Shown piece after piece: positions 45,301 to 63,300 of a stretch of DNA of 64,000 bases. Numbering within the stretch: the first letter of the stretch is position 1; each line of letters opens with the position of its first letter. The position numbers and the translations under genes are program-made. The notes beneath the pieces were generated by a model. It was not told the origin of the DNA. It searched no databases and saw only the letters and a program-made list of their open reading frames with translations. Origin of the DNA: Eledone cirrhosa (Eukaryota); the NCBI GenBank assembly GCA_964016885.1, contig CAXHJY010000275.1:1-64000 (forward strand). Reading direction: 5' to 3'.

Positions 45301-48300
45301 CAGTATGTATGACAGACTATCTTATATACAATGACAGCCACCACAGTATGTATGACAGACTATCTTATATACAATGACAGCCACCACAGTATGTATGACA
45401 GACTATCTTATATACAATGACAGCCACCACAGTATGTATGACAGACTATCTTATATACAATGACAGCCACCACAGTATGTATGACAGACTATCTTATATA
45501 CAATGACAGCCACCACAGTATGTATGACAGACTATCTTATATGCAATGACAGCCACCACAGTATGTATGACAGACTGGCTTATATACAATGACAGCCACC
45601 ACAGTATGTATGACAGACTATCTTCTATACAATGACAGCCACCACAGTATGTATGACAGACTACCTTATATACAATGACAGCCACCACAGTATGTATGAC
45701 AGACTATCTTATATACAATGACAGCCACCACAGTATGTATGACAGACTATCTTATATACAATGACAGCTACCACAGTACGTATGACACTAGCTTATATAC
45801 AATAACAGCCACCACACTATGTATGACAGACTAGCTTATATACAATGACGGACTATCTTATATACAATGACAGCCACCACAGTATGTATGACAGACTATC
45901 TTATATACAATGACAGCCACCACAGTATGTATGACAGACTATCTTATATACAATGACAGCCACCACAGTATGTATGACAGACTATCTTATATACAATGAC
46001 AGCCACCACAGTATGTATGACAGACTATCTTATATACAATGACAGCCACCACAGTATGTATGACAGACTATCTTATATACAATGAAAGCCACCACAGTAT
46101 GTATGACAGACTATCTTATATACAATGACAGCCACCACAGTATGTATGACAGACTATCTTATATACAATGACAGCCACCACAGTATGTATGACACACTAT
46201 CTTATATACAATGACAGCCACCACAGTATGTATGACAGACTATCTTATATACAATGACAGCCACCACAGTATGTATGACAGACTATCTTATATACAATGA
46301 CAGCCACCACAGTATGTATGACAGACTATCTTATATACAATGACAGCCACCACTGTATGTATGACAGACTATCTTATATACAATGACAGCCACCACAGTA
46401 TGTATGACAGACTGGCTTATATACAATGACAGCCACCACAGTATGTATGACAGACTATCTTATATACAATGACAGCCACCACTGTATGTATGACAGACTA
46501 TCTTATATACAATGACAGCCACCACAGTATGTATGACAGACTGGCTTATATACAATAACAGCCACCACAGTATGTATGACAGACTATCTTATATACAATG
46601 ACAGCCACCACAGTATGTATGACAGACTATCTTATATACAATGACAGCCACCACAGTATGTATGACACTAGCGTATATACAATGACAGCCACCACAGTAT
46701 GTATGACAGACTATCTTATATACAATGACAGCCACCACAGTATGTATGACACTAGCGTATATACAATGACAGCCACCACAGTATGTATGACAGACTATCT
46801 TATATACAATGACAACCACCACAGTATGCATGACAGACTATCTTATATACAATGACAGCCATCACAGTATGTATGACAGCCACCACAGTATGTATGACAG
46901 ACTATCTTATATACAATGACAGCCACCACAGTATGTATGACAGACTATCTTATATACAATGACAGCTACCACAGTATGTATGACAGACTATCTTATATAC
47001 AATGACAGCCACCACAGTATGTATGACAGACTATCTTATATACAATGACAGCCACCACAGTATGTATGACAGACTGGCTTATATACAATGACGGACTATC
47101 TTATATACAATGACAGCCACCACAGTATGTATGACAGACTATCTTATATACAATGACAGCCACCACAGTATGTATGACAGACTATCTTATATACAATGAC
47201 AGCCACCACAGTATGTATGACAGACTATCTTATATACAATGACAGCCACCACAGTATGTATGACAGACTATCTTATATACAATGACAGCCATCACAGTAT
47301 GTATGACAGCCACCACAGTATGTATGACAGACTATCTTATATACAATGACAGCCACCACAGTATGTATGACAGACTATCTTATATACAATGACAGCTACC
47401 ACAGTACGTATGACACTAGCTTATATACAATAACAGCCACCACACTATGTATGACAGACTAGCTTATATACAATGACAGCCACCACAGTATGTATGACAG
47501 ACTGGCTTATATACAATGACGGACTATCTTATATACAATGACAGCCACCACAGTATGTATGACAGACTATCTTATATACAATGACAGCCACCACAGTATG
47601 TATGACAGACTATCTTATATACAATGACAGCCACCACAGTATGTATGACAGACTATCTTATATACAATGACAGCCACCACAGTATGTATGACAGACTATC
47701 TTATATACAATGACAGCCACCACAGTATGTATGACAGACTATCTTATATACAATGACAGCCACCACAGTATGTATGACAGACTATCTTATATACAATGAC
47801 AGCCACCACAGTATGTATGACAGACTATCTTATATACAATGACAGCCACCACAGTATGTATGACAGACTATCTTATATACAATGACAGCCACCACAGTAT
47901 GTATGACAGACTATCTTATATACAATGACAGCCACCACAGTATGTATGACAGACTATCTTATATACAATGACAGCCACCACAGTATGTATGACAGACTAT
48001 CTTATATGCAATGACAGCCACCACAGTATGTATGACAGACTGGCTTATATACAATGACAGCCACCACAGTATGTATGACAGACTATCTTCTATACAATGA
48101 CAGCCACCACAGTATGTATGACAGACTACCTTATATACAATGACAGCCACCACAGTATGTATGACAGACTATCTTATATACAATGACAGCCACCACAGTA
48201 TGTATGACAGACTATCTTATATACAATGACAGCTACCACAGTACGTATGACACTAGCTTATATACAATAACAGCCACCACACTATGTATGACAGACTAGC

Positions 48301-51300
48301 TTATATACAATGACGGACTATCTTATATACAATGACAGCCACCACAGTATGTATGACAGACTATCTTATATACAATGACAGCCACCACAGTATGTATGAC
48401 AGACTATCTTATATACAATGACAGCCACCACAGTATGTATGACAGACTATCTTATATACAATGACAGCCACCACAGTATGTATGACAGACTATCTTATAT
48501 ACAATGACAGCCACCACAGTATGTATGACAGACTATCTTATATACAATGAAAGCCACCACAGTATGTATGACAGACTATCTTATATACAATGACAGCCAC
48601 CACAGTATGTATGACAGACTATCTTATATACAATGACAGCCACCACAGTATGTATGACACACTATCTTATATACAATGACAGCCACCACAGTATGTATGA
48701 CAGACTATCTTATATACAATGACAGCCACCACAGTATGTATGACAGACTATCTTATATACAATGACAGCCACCACAGTATGTATGACAGACTATCTTATA
48801 TACAATGACAGCCACCACTGTATGTATGACAGACTATCTTATATACAATGACAGCCACCACAGTATGTATGACAGACTGGCTTATATACAATGACAGCCA
48901 CCACAGTATGTATGACAGACTATCTTATATACAATGACAGCCACCACTGTATGTATGACAGACTATCTTATATACAATGACAGCCACCACAGTATGTATG
49001 ACAGACTGGCTTATATACAATAACAGCCACCACAGTATGTATGACAGACTATCTTATATACAATGACAGCCACCACAGTATGTATGACAGACTATCTTAT
49101 ATACAATGACAGCCACCACAGTATGTATGACACTAGCGTATATACAATGACAGCCACCACAGTATGTATGACAGACTATCTTATATACAATGACAGCCAC
49201 CACAGTATGTATGACACTAGCGTATATACAATGACAGCCACCACAGTATGTATGACAGACTATCTTATATACAATGACAGCCACCACAGTATGTATGACA
49301 CTAGCTTATATACAATGACAGCTACCACAGTATGTATGACAGACTATCTTATATACAATGACAGCCACCACAGTATGTATGACTGACTGACTTATATACA
49401 ATGACAGCCACCACAGTATGTATGACAGACTGGCTTATATACAATGACAGCCACCACAGTATGTATGACAGACTGGCTTCTATACAATGACAGCCACCAC
49501 AGTATGTATGACAGACTATCTTATATACAATGACAGCCACCACAGTATGTATGACAGACTATCTTATATACAATGACAGCTACCACAGTATGTATGACAG
49601 ACTATCTTATATACAATGACAGCCACCACAGTATGTATGACAGACTGGCTTCTATACAATGACAGCCACCACAGTATGTATGACAGACTATCTTATATAC
49701 AATGACAGCCACCACAGTATGTATGACAGACTATCTTATATACTATGACAGACTATCTTATATACAATGACAGCCACCACAGTATGTATGACAGACTATC
49801 TTATATACAATGACAGCCACCACAGTATGTATGACAGACTGGCTTATATACAATGACAGCCACCACAGTATGTATGACAGACTGGCTTATATACAATGAC
49901 AGCCACCACAGTATGTATGACAGACTATCTTATATACAATGACAGCTACCACAGTATGTATGACACTAGCTTATATACAATAACAGCCACCACAGTAAGT
50001 ATGACAGACTGGCTTATATACAATGACAGACTATCTTATATACAATGACAGCCACCACAGTATGTATGACAGACTATCTTCTATACAATGACAGCCACCA
50101 CAGTATGTATGACAGACTATCTTATATACAATGACAGCCACCACAGTATGTATGACAGACTGGCTTATATACAATGACAGCCACCACAGTATGTATGACA
50201 GACTAGCTTATATACAATGACAGCCACCACAGTATGTATGACAGACTGGCTTATATACAATGACAGCCACCACAGTATGTATGACAGACTATCTTATATA
50301 CAATGACAGCGACCACAGTATGTATGACAGACTGGCTTATATACAATGACAGCCACCACAGTATGTATGACAGACTATCTTATATACAATGACAGCCACC
50401 ACAGTATGTATGACAGACTATCTTATATACAATGACAGCTACCACAGTATGTATGACAGACTGGCTTATATAGAATGACAGCCACCACAGTATGTATGAC
50501 AGACTATCTTATATACAATGACAGCCACCACAGTATGTATGACAGACTATCTTATATACAATGACAGCCACCACAGTATGTATGACAGACTGGCTTATAT
50601 ACAATGACAGCCACCACAGTATGTATGACAGACTGGCTTATATACAATGACAGCCACCACAGTATGTATGACAGACTGGCTTATATACAATGACAGCCAC
50701 CACAGTATGTATGACAGACTATCTTATATACAATGACAGCCACCACAGTATGTATGACAGACTGGCTTATATACAATGACAGCCACCACAGTATGTATGA
50801 CAGACTATCTTATATACAATGACAGCCACCACAGTATGTATGACAGACTGGCTTATATACAATGACAGCCACCACAGTATGTATGACAGACTATCTTATA
50901 TACAATGACAGCCACCACAGTATGTATGACAGACTATCTTATATACAATGACAGCCATCACAGTATGTATGACAGCCACCACAGTATGTATGACAGACTA
51001 TCTTATATACAATGACAGCCACCACAGTATGTATGACAGACTATCTTATATACAATGACAGCTACCACAGTATGTATGACAGACTATCTTATATACAATG
51101 ACAGCCACCACAGTATGTATGACAGACTATCTTATATACAATGACAGCCACCACAGTATGTATGACAGACTGGCTTATATACAATGACGGACTATCTTAT
51201 ATACAATGACAGCCACCACAGTATGTATGACAGACTAGCTTATATACAATGACAGCCACCACAGTATGTATGACAGACTGGCTTATATACAATGACAGAC

Positions 51301-54300
51301 TATCTTATATACAATGACAGCCACCACAGTATGTATGACAGACTGGCTTATATACAATGACAGACTATCTTATATACAATGACAGCCACCACAGTATGTA
51401 TGACAGACTATCTTCTATACAATGACAGCCACCACAGTATGTATGACAGACGAGCTTATATACAATGACAGCCACCACAGTATGTATGACAGACTATCTT
51501 ATATACAATGACAGCCACCACAGTATGTATGACAGACTATCTTATATACAATGACAGCCACCACAGTATGTATGACAGACTATCTTATATACAATGACAG
51601 CCACCACAGTATGTATGACAGACTGGCTTATATACAATGACAGACTATCTTATATACAATGACAGCCACCACAGTATGTATGACAGACTGGCTTATATAC
51701 AATGACAGACTATCTTATATACAATGACAGCCACCACAGTATGTATGACAGACTATCTTCTATACAATGACAGCCACCACAGTATGTATGACAGACGAGC
51801 TTATATACAATGACAGCCACCACAGTATGTATGACAGACTATCTTATATACAATGACAGCCACCACAGTATGTATGACAGACTATCTTATATACAATGAC
51901 AGCCACCACAGTATGTATGACAGACTATCTTATATACAATGACAGCCACCACAGTATGTATGACAGAACTGGCTTATATACAATGACAGACTATCTTATA
52001 TACAATGACAGCCACCACAGTATGTATGACAGACTGGCTTATATACAATGACAGACTATCTTATATACAATGACAGCCACCACAGTATGTATGACAGACT
52101 ATCTTCTATACAATGACAGCCACCACAGTATGTATGACAGACGAGCTTATATACAATGACAGCCACCACAGTATGTATGACAGACTATCTTATATACAAT
52201 GACAGCCACCACAGTATGTATGACAGACTATCTTATATACAATGACAGCCACCACAGTATGTATGACAGACTATCTTATATACAATGACAGCCACCACAG
52301 TATGTATGACAGACTATCTTATATACAATGACAGCCACCACAGTATGTATGACAGACGAGCTTATATACAATGACAGCCACCACAGTATGTATGACAGAC
52401 TATCTTATATACAATGACAGCCACCACAGTATGTATGACAGACTATCTTATATACAATGACAGCCACCACAGTATGTATGACAGACTATCTTATATACAA
52501 TGACAGCCACCACAGTATGTATGACAGACTATCTTATATACAATGACAGCCACCACATTATGTATGACAGACTATCTTCTATACAATGACAGCCACCACA
52601 GTATGTATGACAGACTATCTTATATACAATGACAGCCACCACAGTATGTATGACAGACTGGCTTATATACAATGACAGCCACCACAGTATGTATGACAGA
52701 CTATCTTATATACAATGACAACCACCACAGTATGTATGACAGACTATCTTATATACAATGACAACCACCACAGTATGTATGACAGACTATCTTATATACA
52801 ATGACAGCCACCACAGTATGTATGACTGACTGACTTATATACAATGACAACCACCACAGTATGTATGACAGACTATCTTATATACAATGACAGCCACCAC
52901 AGTATGTATGACAGACTGGCTTATATACAATGACAGCCACCACAGTATGTATGACAGACTGGCTTATATACAATCACAGCCACCACAGTATGTATGACAG
53001 ACTATCTTATATACAATGACAGCCACCACAGTATGTATGACAGACTATCTTATATACAATGACAGCTACCACAGTATGTATGACAGACTATCTTATATAC
53101 AATGACAACCACCACAGTATGTATGACAGACTATCTTATATACAATGACAGCCACCACAGTATGTATGACTGACTGACTTATATACAATGACAGCCACCA
53201 CAGTATGTATGACAGACTATCTTATATACAATCACAGCCACCACAGTATGTATGACAGACTATCTTATATACAATGACAGCCACCACAGTATGTATGACA
53301 GACTGGCTTATATACAATGACAGCCACCACAGTATGTATGACAGACTATCTTATATACAATGACAGCTACCACAGTATGTATGACAGACTATCTTATATA
53401 CAATCACAGCCACCACAGTATGTATGACAGACTATCTTATATACAATGACAGCCACCACAGTATGTATGACAGACTATCTTATATACAATGACAGCTACC
53501 ACAGTATGTATGACAGACTATCTTATATACAATCACAGCCACCACAGTATGTATGACAGACTATCTTATATACAATGACAGCCACCACAGTATGTATGAC
53601 AGACTATCTTATATACAATGACAGCCACCACAGTATGTATGACAGACTATCTTATATACAATGACAGCCACCACAGTATGTATGACAGACTGGCTTATAT
53701 ACAATGACAGCCACCACAGTATCTATGACAGACTGGATTATATACAATGACAGCCACCACAGTATGTATGACAGACTATCTTATATACAATGACAGCCAC
53801 CACAGTATGTATGACAGACTATCTTCTATACAATGACAGCCACCACAGTATGTATGACAGACTATCTTATATACAATGACAGCCACCACAGTATGTATGA
53901 CAGACTGGCTTATATACAATGACAGCCACCACAGTATGTATGACAGACTATCTTATATACAATGACAACCACCACAGTATGTATGACAGACCGGCTTATA
54001 TACAATGACAACCACCACAGTATGTATGACAGACTATCTTATATACAATGACAGCCACCACAGTATGTATGACAGACTATCTTATATACAATGACAACCA
54101 CCACAGTATGTATGACAGACTATCTTATATACAATGACAACCACCACAGTATGTATGACAGACTATCTTATATACAATGACAACCACCACAGTATGTATG
54201 ACAGACTATCTTATATACAATGACAACCACCACAGTATGTATGACAGACTATCTTATATACAATGACAGCCACCACAGTATGTATGACTGACTGACTTAT

Positions 54301-57300
54301 ATACAATGACAGCCACCACAGTATGTATGACAGACTATCTTATATACAATGACAGCCACCACAGTATGTATGACTGACTGACTTATATACAATGACAGCC
54401 ACCACAGTATGTATGACAGACTATCTTATATACAATGACAGCCACCACAGTATGTATGACTGACTGACTTATATACAATGACAGCCACCACAGTATGTAT
54501 GACAGACTATCTTATATACAATCACAGCCACCACAGTATGTATGACAGACTATGTTATATACACTGACAGCCACCACAGTATGTATGACAGACTATCTTA
54601 TATACAATCACAGCCACCACAGTATGTATGACAGACTATCTTATATACACTGACAGCCACCACAGTATGTATGACAGACTATCTTATATACAATGACAGC
54701 CACCACAGTATGTATGACAGACTATCTTATATACAATGACAGCTACCACAGTATGTATGACAGACTATCTTATATACAATCACAGCCACCACAGTATGTA
54801 TGACAGACTATCTTATATACACTGACAGCCACCACAGTATGTATGACAGACTATCTTATATACAATCACAGCCACCACAGTATGTATGACAGACTATCTT
54901 ATATACACTGACAGCCACCACAGTATGTATGACAGACTATCTTATATACAATGACAGCTACCACAGTATGTATGACAGACTATCTTATATACAATGACAG
55001 CCACCACAGTATGTATGTCAGACTGGCTTATATACAATGACAGCCACCACAGTATGTATGACAGACTATCTTATATACAATGACAGCCACCACAGTATGT
55101 ATGACAGACTATCTTATATACAATGACAGCTACCACAGTATGTATGACAGACTATCTTATATACAATGACAGCCACCACAGTATGTATGACAGACTGGCT
55201 TATATACAATGACAGCTACCACATTATGTATGACAGACTATCTTATATACAATGACAGCCACCACAGTATGTATGACAGACTGGCTTATATACAATGACA
55301 GACTATCTTATATACAATGACAGCCAGCACAGTATGTATGACAGTCTATCTTCTATACAATGACAGCCACCACAGTATGTATGACAGACTATCTTATATA
55401 CAATGACAGCCACCACAGTATGTATGACAGACTATCTTATATACAATGACAGCCACCACAGTATGTATGACAGACTATCTTATATACAATGACAGCCACC
55501 ACAGTATGTATGACACTAGCGTATATACAATGACAGCCACCACAGTATGTATGACAGACTATCTTATATACAATGACAGCCACCACAGTATGTATGACAG
55601 ACTATCTTATATACAATGACAGCCACCACAGTATGTATGACAGACTGGCTTATATACAATGACAGCCACCACAGTATGTATGACAGACTATCTTATATAC
55701 AATGACAGCCACCACAGTATGTATGACAGACTATCTTATATACAATGACAGCCACCACAGTATGTATGACACTAGCGTATATACAATGACAGCCACCACA
55801 GTATGTATGACACTAGCGTATATACAATGACAGCCACCACAGTATGTATGACAGACTATCTTATATACAATGACAGCCACCACAGTATGTATGACAGACT
55901 ATCTTATATACAATGACAGCCACCACAGTATGTATGACAGACTGGCTTATATACAATGACAGCCACCACAGTATGTATGACAGACTATCTTATATACAAT
56001 GACAGCCACCACAGTATGTATGACAGACTATCTTATATACAATGACAGCCACCACAGTATGTATGACAGACTGGCTTATATACAATGACAGCCACCACAG
56101 TATGTATGACAGACTATCTTATATACAATGACAGCTACCACAGTATGTATGACACACTATCTTATATACAATGACAGCTACCACAGTATGTATGACAGAC
56201 TATCTTATATACAATGACAGCCACCACAGTATGTATGACAGACTATCTTATATACAATGACAGCCACCACAGTCTGTATGACAGACTATCTTATATACAA
56301 TGACAGCCACCACAGTATGTATGACACACTATCTTATATACAATGACAGCTGCCACAGTATGTATGACAGACTATCTTATATACAATGACAGCCACCACA
56401 GTATGTATGACAGACTATCTTATATACAATGACAGCCACCACAGTATGTATGACAGACTATCTTATATACAATGACAGCCACCACAGTATGTATGACAGA
56501 CTATCTTCTATACAATGACAGCCACCACAGTATGTATGACAGACTGGCTTATATACAATGACAGCCACCACAGTATGTATGACAGACTGGCTTATATACA
56601 ATGACAGCCACCACAGTATGTATGACTGACTATCTTCTATACAATGACAGCCACCACAGTATGTATGACAGACTGGCTTATATACAATGACAGCCACCAC
56701 AGTATGTATGACAGACTGGCTTATATACAATGACAGCCACCACAGTATGTATGACAGACTGGCTTATATACAATGACAGCCACCACAGTATGTATGACAG
56801 ACTGGCTTATATACAATGACAGCCACCACAGTATGTATGACAGACTGGCTTATATACAATGACAGCCACCACAGTATGTATGACAGACTGGCTTATATAC
56901 AATGACAGCCACCACAGTATGTATGACAGACTGGCTTATATACAATGACAGCCACCACAGTATGTATGACAGACTGGCTTATATACAATGACAGCCACCA
57001 CAGTATGTATGACAGACTGGCTTATATACAATGACAGCCACCACAGTATGTATGACAGACTGGCTTATATACAATGACAGCCACCACAGTATGTATGAAA
57101 GACTATCTTATATACAATGACAGCGACCACAGTATGTATGACAGACTATCTTATATACAATGACAGCCACCACAGTATGTATGACAGACTATCTTATATA
57201 CAATGACAGCCACCACAGTATGTATGACAGACTATCTTATATACAATGACAGCCACCACAGTATGTATGACAGACTATCTTATATACAATGACAGCCACC

Positions 57301-60300
57301 ACAGTATGTATGACAGACTATCTTATATACAATGACAGCCACCACAGTATGTATGACACTAGCGTATATACAATGACAGCCACCACAGTATGTATGACTG
57401 ACTATCTTCTATACAATGACAGCCACCACAGTATGTATGACAGACTGGCTTATATACAATGACAGCCACCACAGTATGTATGACAGACTGGCTTATATAC
57501 AATGACAGCCACCACAGTATGTATGACTGACTATCTTCTATACAATGACAGCCACCACAGTATGTATGACAGACTGGCTTATATACAATGACAGCCACCA
57601 CAGTATGTATGACAGACTGGCTTATATACAATGACAGCCACCACAGTATGTATGACAGACTGGCTTATATACAATGACAGCCACCACAGTATGTATGACA
57701 GACTGGCTTATATACAATGACAGCCACCACAGTATGTATGACAGACTGGCTTATATACAATGACAGCCACCACAGTATGTATGACAGACTGGCTTATATA
57801 CAATGACAGCCACCACAGTATGTATGACAGACTGGCTTATATACAATGACAGCCACCACAGTATGTATGACAGACTGGCTTATATACAATGACAGCCACC
57901 ACAGTATGTATGACAGACTGGCTTATATACAATGACAGCCACCACAGTATGTATGACAGACTGGCTTATATACAATGACAGCCACCACAGTATGTATGAA
58001 AGACTATCTTATATACAATGACAGCGACCACAGTATGTATGACAGACTATCTTATATACAATGACAGCCACCACAGTATGTATGACAGACTGGCTTATAT
58101 ACAATGACAGCCACCACAGTATGTATGACAGACTATCTTATATACACTGACAGCCACCACAGTATGTATGACAGACTGGCTTATATACAATGACAGCCAC
58201 CACAGTATGTATGACAGACTATCTTATATACAATGACAGCCACCACAGTATGTATGACAGACTGGCATATATACAATGACAGCCACCACAGTATGTATGA
58301 CAGACTATCTTATATACACTGACAGCCACCACAGTATGTATGACAGACTGGCTTATATACAATGACAGCCACCACAGTATGTATGACAGACTATCTTATA
58401 TACAATGACAGCCACCACAGTATGTATGACAGACTATCTTATATACAATGACAGCCACCACAGTATGTATGACAGACTATCTTATATACAATGACAGCCA
58501 CCACAGTATGTATGACACACTATCTTATATACAATGACAGCTACCACAGTATGTATGACAGACTATCTTATATACAATGACAGCCACCACAGTATGTATG
58601 ACACTAGCGTATATACAATGACAGCCACCACAGTATGTATGACAGACTGGCTTCTATACAATGACAGCCACCACAGTATGTATGACAGACTATCTTATAT
58701 ACAATGACAACCACCACAGTATGTATGACAGACTATCTTATATACAATGACAACCACCACAGTATGTATGACAGACTGGCTTATATACAATGACAGCCAC
58801 CACAGTATGTATGACAGACTATCTTATATACAATGACAGCCACCACAGTATGTATGACACTAGCTTATATACAATGACAGCCACCACAGTATGTATGACA
58901 GACTGGCTTCTATACAATGACAGCCACCACAGTATGTATGACAGACTATCTTATATACAATGACAGCCACCACAGTATGTATGACAGACTGGCTTCTATA
59001 CAATGACAGCCACCACAGTATGTATGACAGACTATCTTATATACAATGACAACCACCACAGTATGTATGACAGACTATCTTATATACAATGACAACCACC
59101 ACAGTATGTATGACAGACTATCTTATATACAATGACAGCCACCACAGTATGTATGACAGACTATCTTATATACAATGACAGCCACCACAGTATGTATGAC
59201 AGACTATCTTATATACAATGACAGCCACCACAGTATGTATGACAGACTATCTTATATACAATGACAACCACCACAGTATGTATGACAGACTATCTTATAT
59301 ACAATGACAGCCACCACAGTATGTATGACAGACTATCTTATATACAATGACAGCCACCACAGTATGTATGACAGACTGGCTTCTATCCAATGACAGCCAC
59401 CACAGTATGTATGACAGACTATCTTATATACAATGACAGCCACCAGAGTATGTATGACAGACTATCTTATATACAATGACAGCCACCACAGTATGTATGA
59501 CAGACTATCTTATATACAATGACAGCCACCACAGTATGTATGACAGACTATCTTATATACAATGACAGCCACCACAGTATGTATGACAGACTGGCTTCTA
59601 TCCAATGACAGCCACCACAGTATGTATGACAGACTATCTTATATACAATGACAACCACCACAGTATGTATGACAGACTGGCTTATATACAATGACAGCCA
59701 CCACAGTATGTATGACAGACTGGCTTATATACAATGACAGCCACCACAGTATGTATGACAGACTATCTTATATACAATGACAGCTACCACAGTATGTATG
59801 ACACTAGCTTATATACAATAACAGCCACCACAGTATGTATGACAGACTGGCTTATATACAATGACAGACTATCTTATATACAATGACAGCCACCACAGTA
59901 TGTATGACAGACTATCTTCTATACAATGACAGCCACCACAGTATGTATGACAGACTATCTTATATACAATGACAGCCACCACAGTATGTATGACAGACTG
60001 GCTTATATACAATGACAGCCACCACAGTATGTATGACAGACTAGCTTATATACAATGACAGCCACCACAGTATGTATGACAGACTGGCTTATATACAATG
60101 ACAGCCACCACAGTATGTATGACAGACTATCTTATATACAATGACAGCCACCACAGTATGTATGACAGACTATCTTATATACAATGACAGCTACCACAGT
60201 ATGTATGACAGACTATCTTATATACAATGACAGCCACCACAGTATGTATGACAGACTAGCTTATATACAATGACAGCCACCACAGTATGTATGACAGACT

Positions 60301-63300
60301 GGCTTCTATACAATGACAGCCACCACAGTATGTATGACAGACTATCTTATATACAATGACAGCCACCACAGTATGTATGACAGACTATCTTATATACAAT
60401 GAAAGCCACCACAGTATGTATGACAGACTATCTTATATACAATGACAGCTACCACAGTATGTATGACAGACTATCTTATATACAATGACAGCTACCACAG
60501 TATGTATGACAGACTATCTTATATACAATGACAGCTACCACAGTATGTATGACAGACTATCTTATATACAATGACAGCCACCACAGTATGTATGACAGAC
60601 TGGCTTATATACAATGACAGCCACCACAGTATGTATGACAGACTAGCTTATATACAATGACAGCCACCACAGTATGTATGACAGACTGGCTTATATACAA
60701 TGACAGCCACCACAGTATGTATGACAGACTATCTTATATACAATGACAGCCACCACAGTATGTATGACAGACTATCTTATATACAATGACAGCTACCACA
60801 GTATGTATGACAGACTATCTTATATACAATGACAGCTACCACAGTATGTATGACACTAGCTTATATACAATGACAGCCACCACAGTATGTATGACAGACT
60901 ATCTTATATACAATGACAGCTACCACAGTATGTATGACAGACTATCTTATATACAATGACAGCCACCACAGTATGTATGACAGACTGGCTTATATACAAT
61001 GACAGCCACCACAGTATGTATGACAGACTAGCTTATATACAATGACAGCCACCACAGTATGTATGACAGACTGGCTTATATACAATGACAGCCACCACAG
61101 TATGTATGACAGACTATCTTATATACAATGACAGCCACCACAGTATGTATGACAGACTAGCTTATATACAATGACAGCCACCACAGTATGTATGACAGAC
61201 TATCTTATATACAATGACAACCACCACAGTATGTATGACAGACTGGCTTATATACAATGACAGCCACCACAGTATGTATGACAGACTATCTTATATACAA
61301 TGACAGCCACCACAGTATGTATGACAGACTATCTTATATACAATGACAGCCACCACAGTATGTATGACAGACTATCTTATATACAATGACAGCCACCACA
61401 GTATGTATGACAGACTACCTTATATACAATGACAGCCACCACAGTATGTATGACAGACTATCTTATATACAATGACAGCCACCACAGTATGTATGACAGA
61501 CTATCTTATATACAATGACAGCTACCACAGTATGTATGACAGACTATCTTATATACAATGACAGCTACCACAGTATGTATGACAGACTATCTTATATACA
61601 ATGACAGCCACCACAGTATGTATGACAGACTATCTTATATACAATGACAGCCACCACAGTATGTATGACAGACTATCTTATATACAATGACAGCCACCAC
61701 AGTATGTATGACAGACTATCTTATATACAATGACAGCCACCACAGTATGTATGACAGACTATCTTATATACAATGACAGCCACCACAGTATGTATGACAG
61801 ACTATCTTATATACAATGACAGCCACCACAGTATGTATGACAGACTGGCTTATATACAATGACAGCCACCACAGTATGTATGACAGACTGGCTTATATAC
61901 AATGACAGCCACCACAGTATGTATGACAGACTATCTTCTATACAATGACAGCCATCACAGTATGTATGACAGACTAGCTTATATACAATGACAGCTACCA
62001 CAGTATGTATGACAGACTGGCTTATATACAATGACAGCCACCACAGTATGTATGACAGACTATCTTATATACAATGACAGCCATCACAGTATGTATGACA
62101 GACTATCTTATATACAATGACAGCCACCACAGTATGTATGACAGACTATCTTATATGCAATGACAGCCACCACAGTATGTATGACAGACTGGCTTATATA
62201 CAATGACAGCCACCACAGTATGTATGACAGACTATCTTCTATACAATGACAGCCACCACAGTATGTATGACAGACTACCTTATATACAATGACAGCCACC
62301 ACAGTATGTATGACAGACTATCTTATATACAATGACAGCCACCACAGTATGTATGACAGACTATCTTATATACAATGACAGCTACCACAGTACGTATGAC
62401 ACTAGCTTATATACAATAACAGCCACCACACTATGTATGACAGACTAGCTTATATACAATGACGGACTATCTTATATACAATGACAGCCACCACAGTATG
62501 TATGACAGACTATCTTATATACAATGACAGCCACCACAGTATGTATGACAGACTATCTTATATACAATGACAGCCACCACAGTATGTATGACAGACTATC
62601 TTATATACAATGACAGCCACCACAGTATGTATGACAGACTATCTTATATACAATGACAGCCACCACAGTATGTATGACAGACTATCTTATATACAATGAA
62701 AGCCACCACAGTATGTATGACAGACTATCTTATATACAATGACAGCCACCACAGTATGTATGACAGACTATCTTATATACAATGACAGCCACCACAGTAT
62801 GTATGACACACTATCTTATATACAATGACAGCCACCACAGTATGTATGACAGACTATCTTATATACAATGACAGCCACCACAGTATGTATGACAGACTAT
62901 CTTATATACAATGACAGCCACCACAGTATGTATGACAGACTATCTTATATACAATGACAGCCACCACTGTATGTATGACAGACTATCTTATATACAATGA
63001 CAGCCACCACAGTATGTATGACAGACTGGCTTATATACAATGACAGCCACCACAGTATGTATGACAGACTATCTTATATACAATGACAGCCACCACTGTA
63101 TGTATGACAGACTATCTTATATACAATGACAGCCACCACAGTATGTATGACAGACTGGCTTATATACAATAACAGCCACCACAGTATGTATGACAGACTA
63201 TCTTATATACAATGACAGCCACCACAGTATGTATGACAGACTATCTTATATACAATGACAGCCACCACAGTATGTATGACACTAGCGTATATACAATGAC

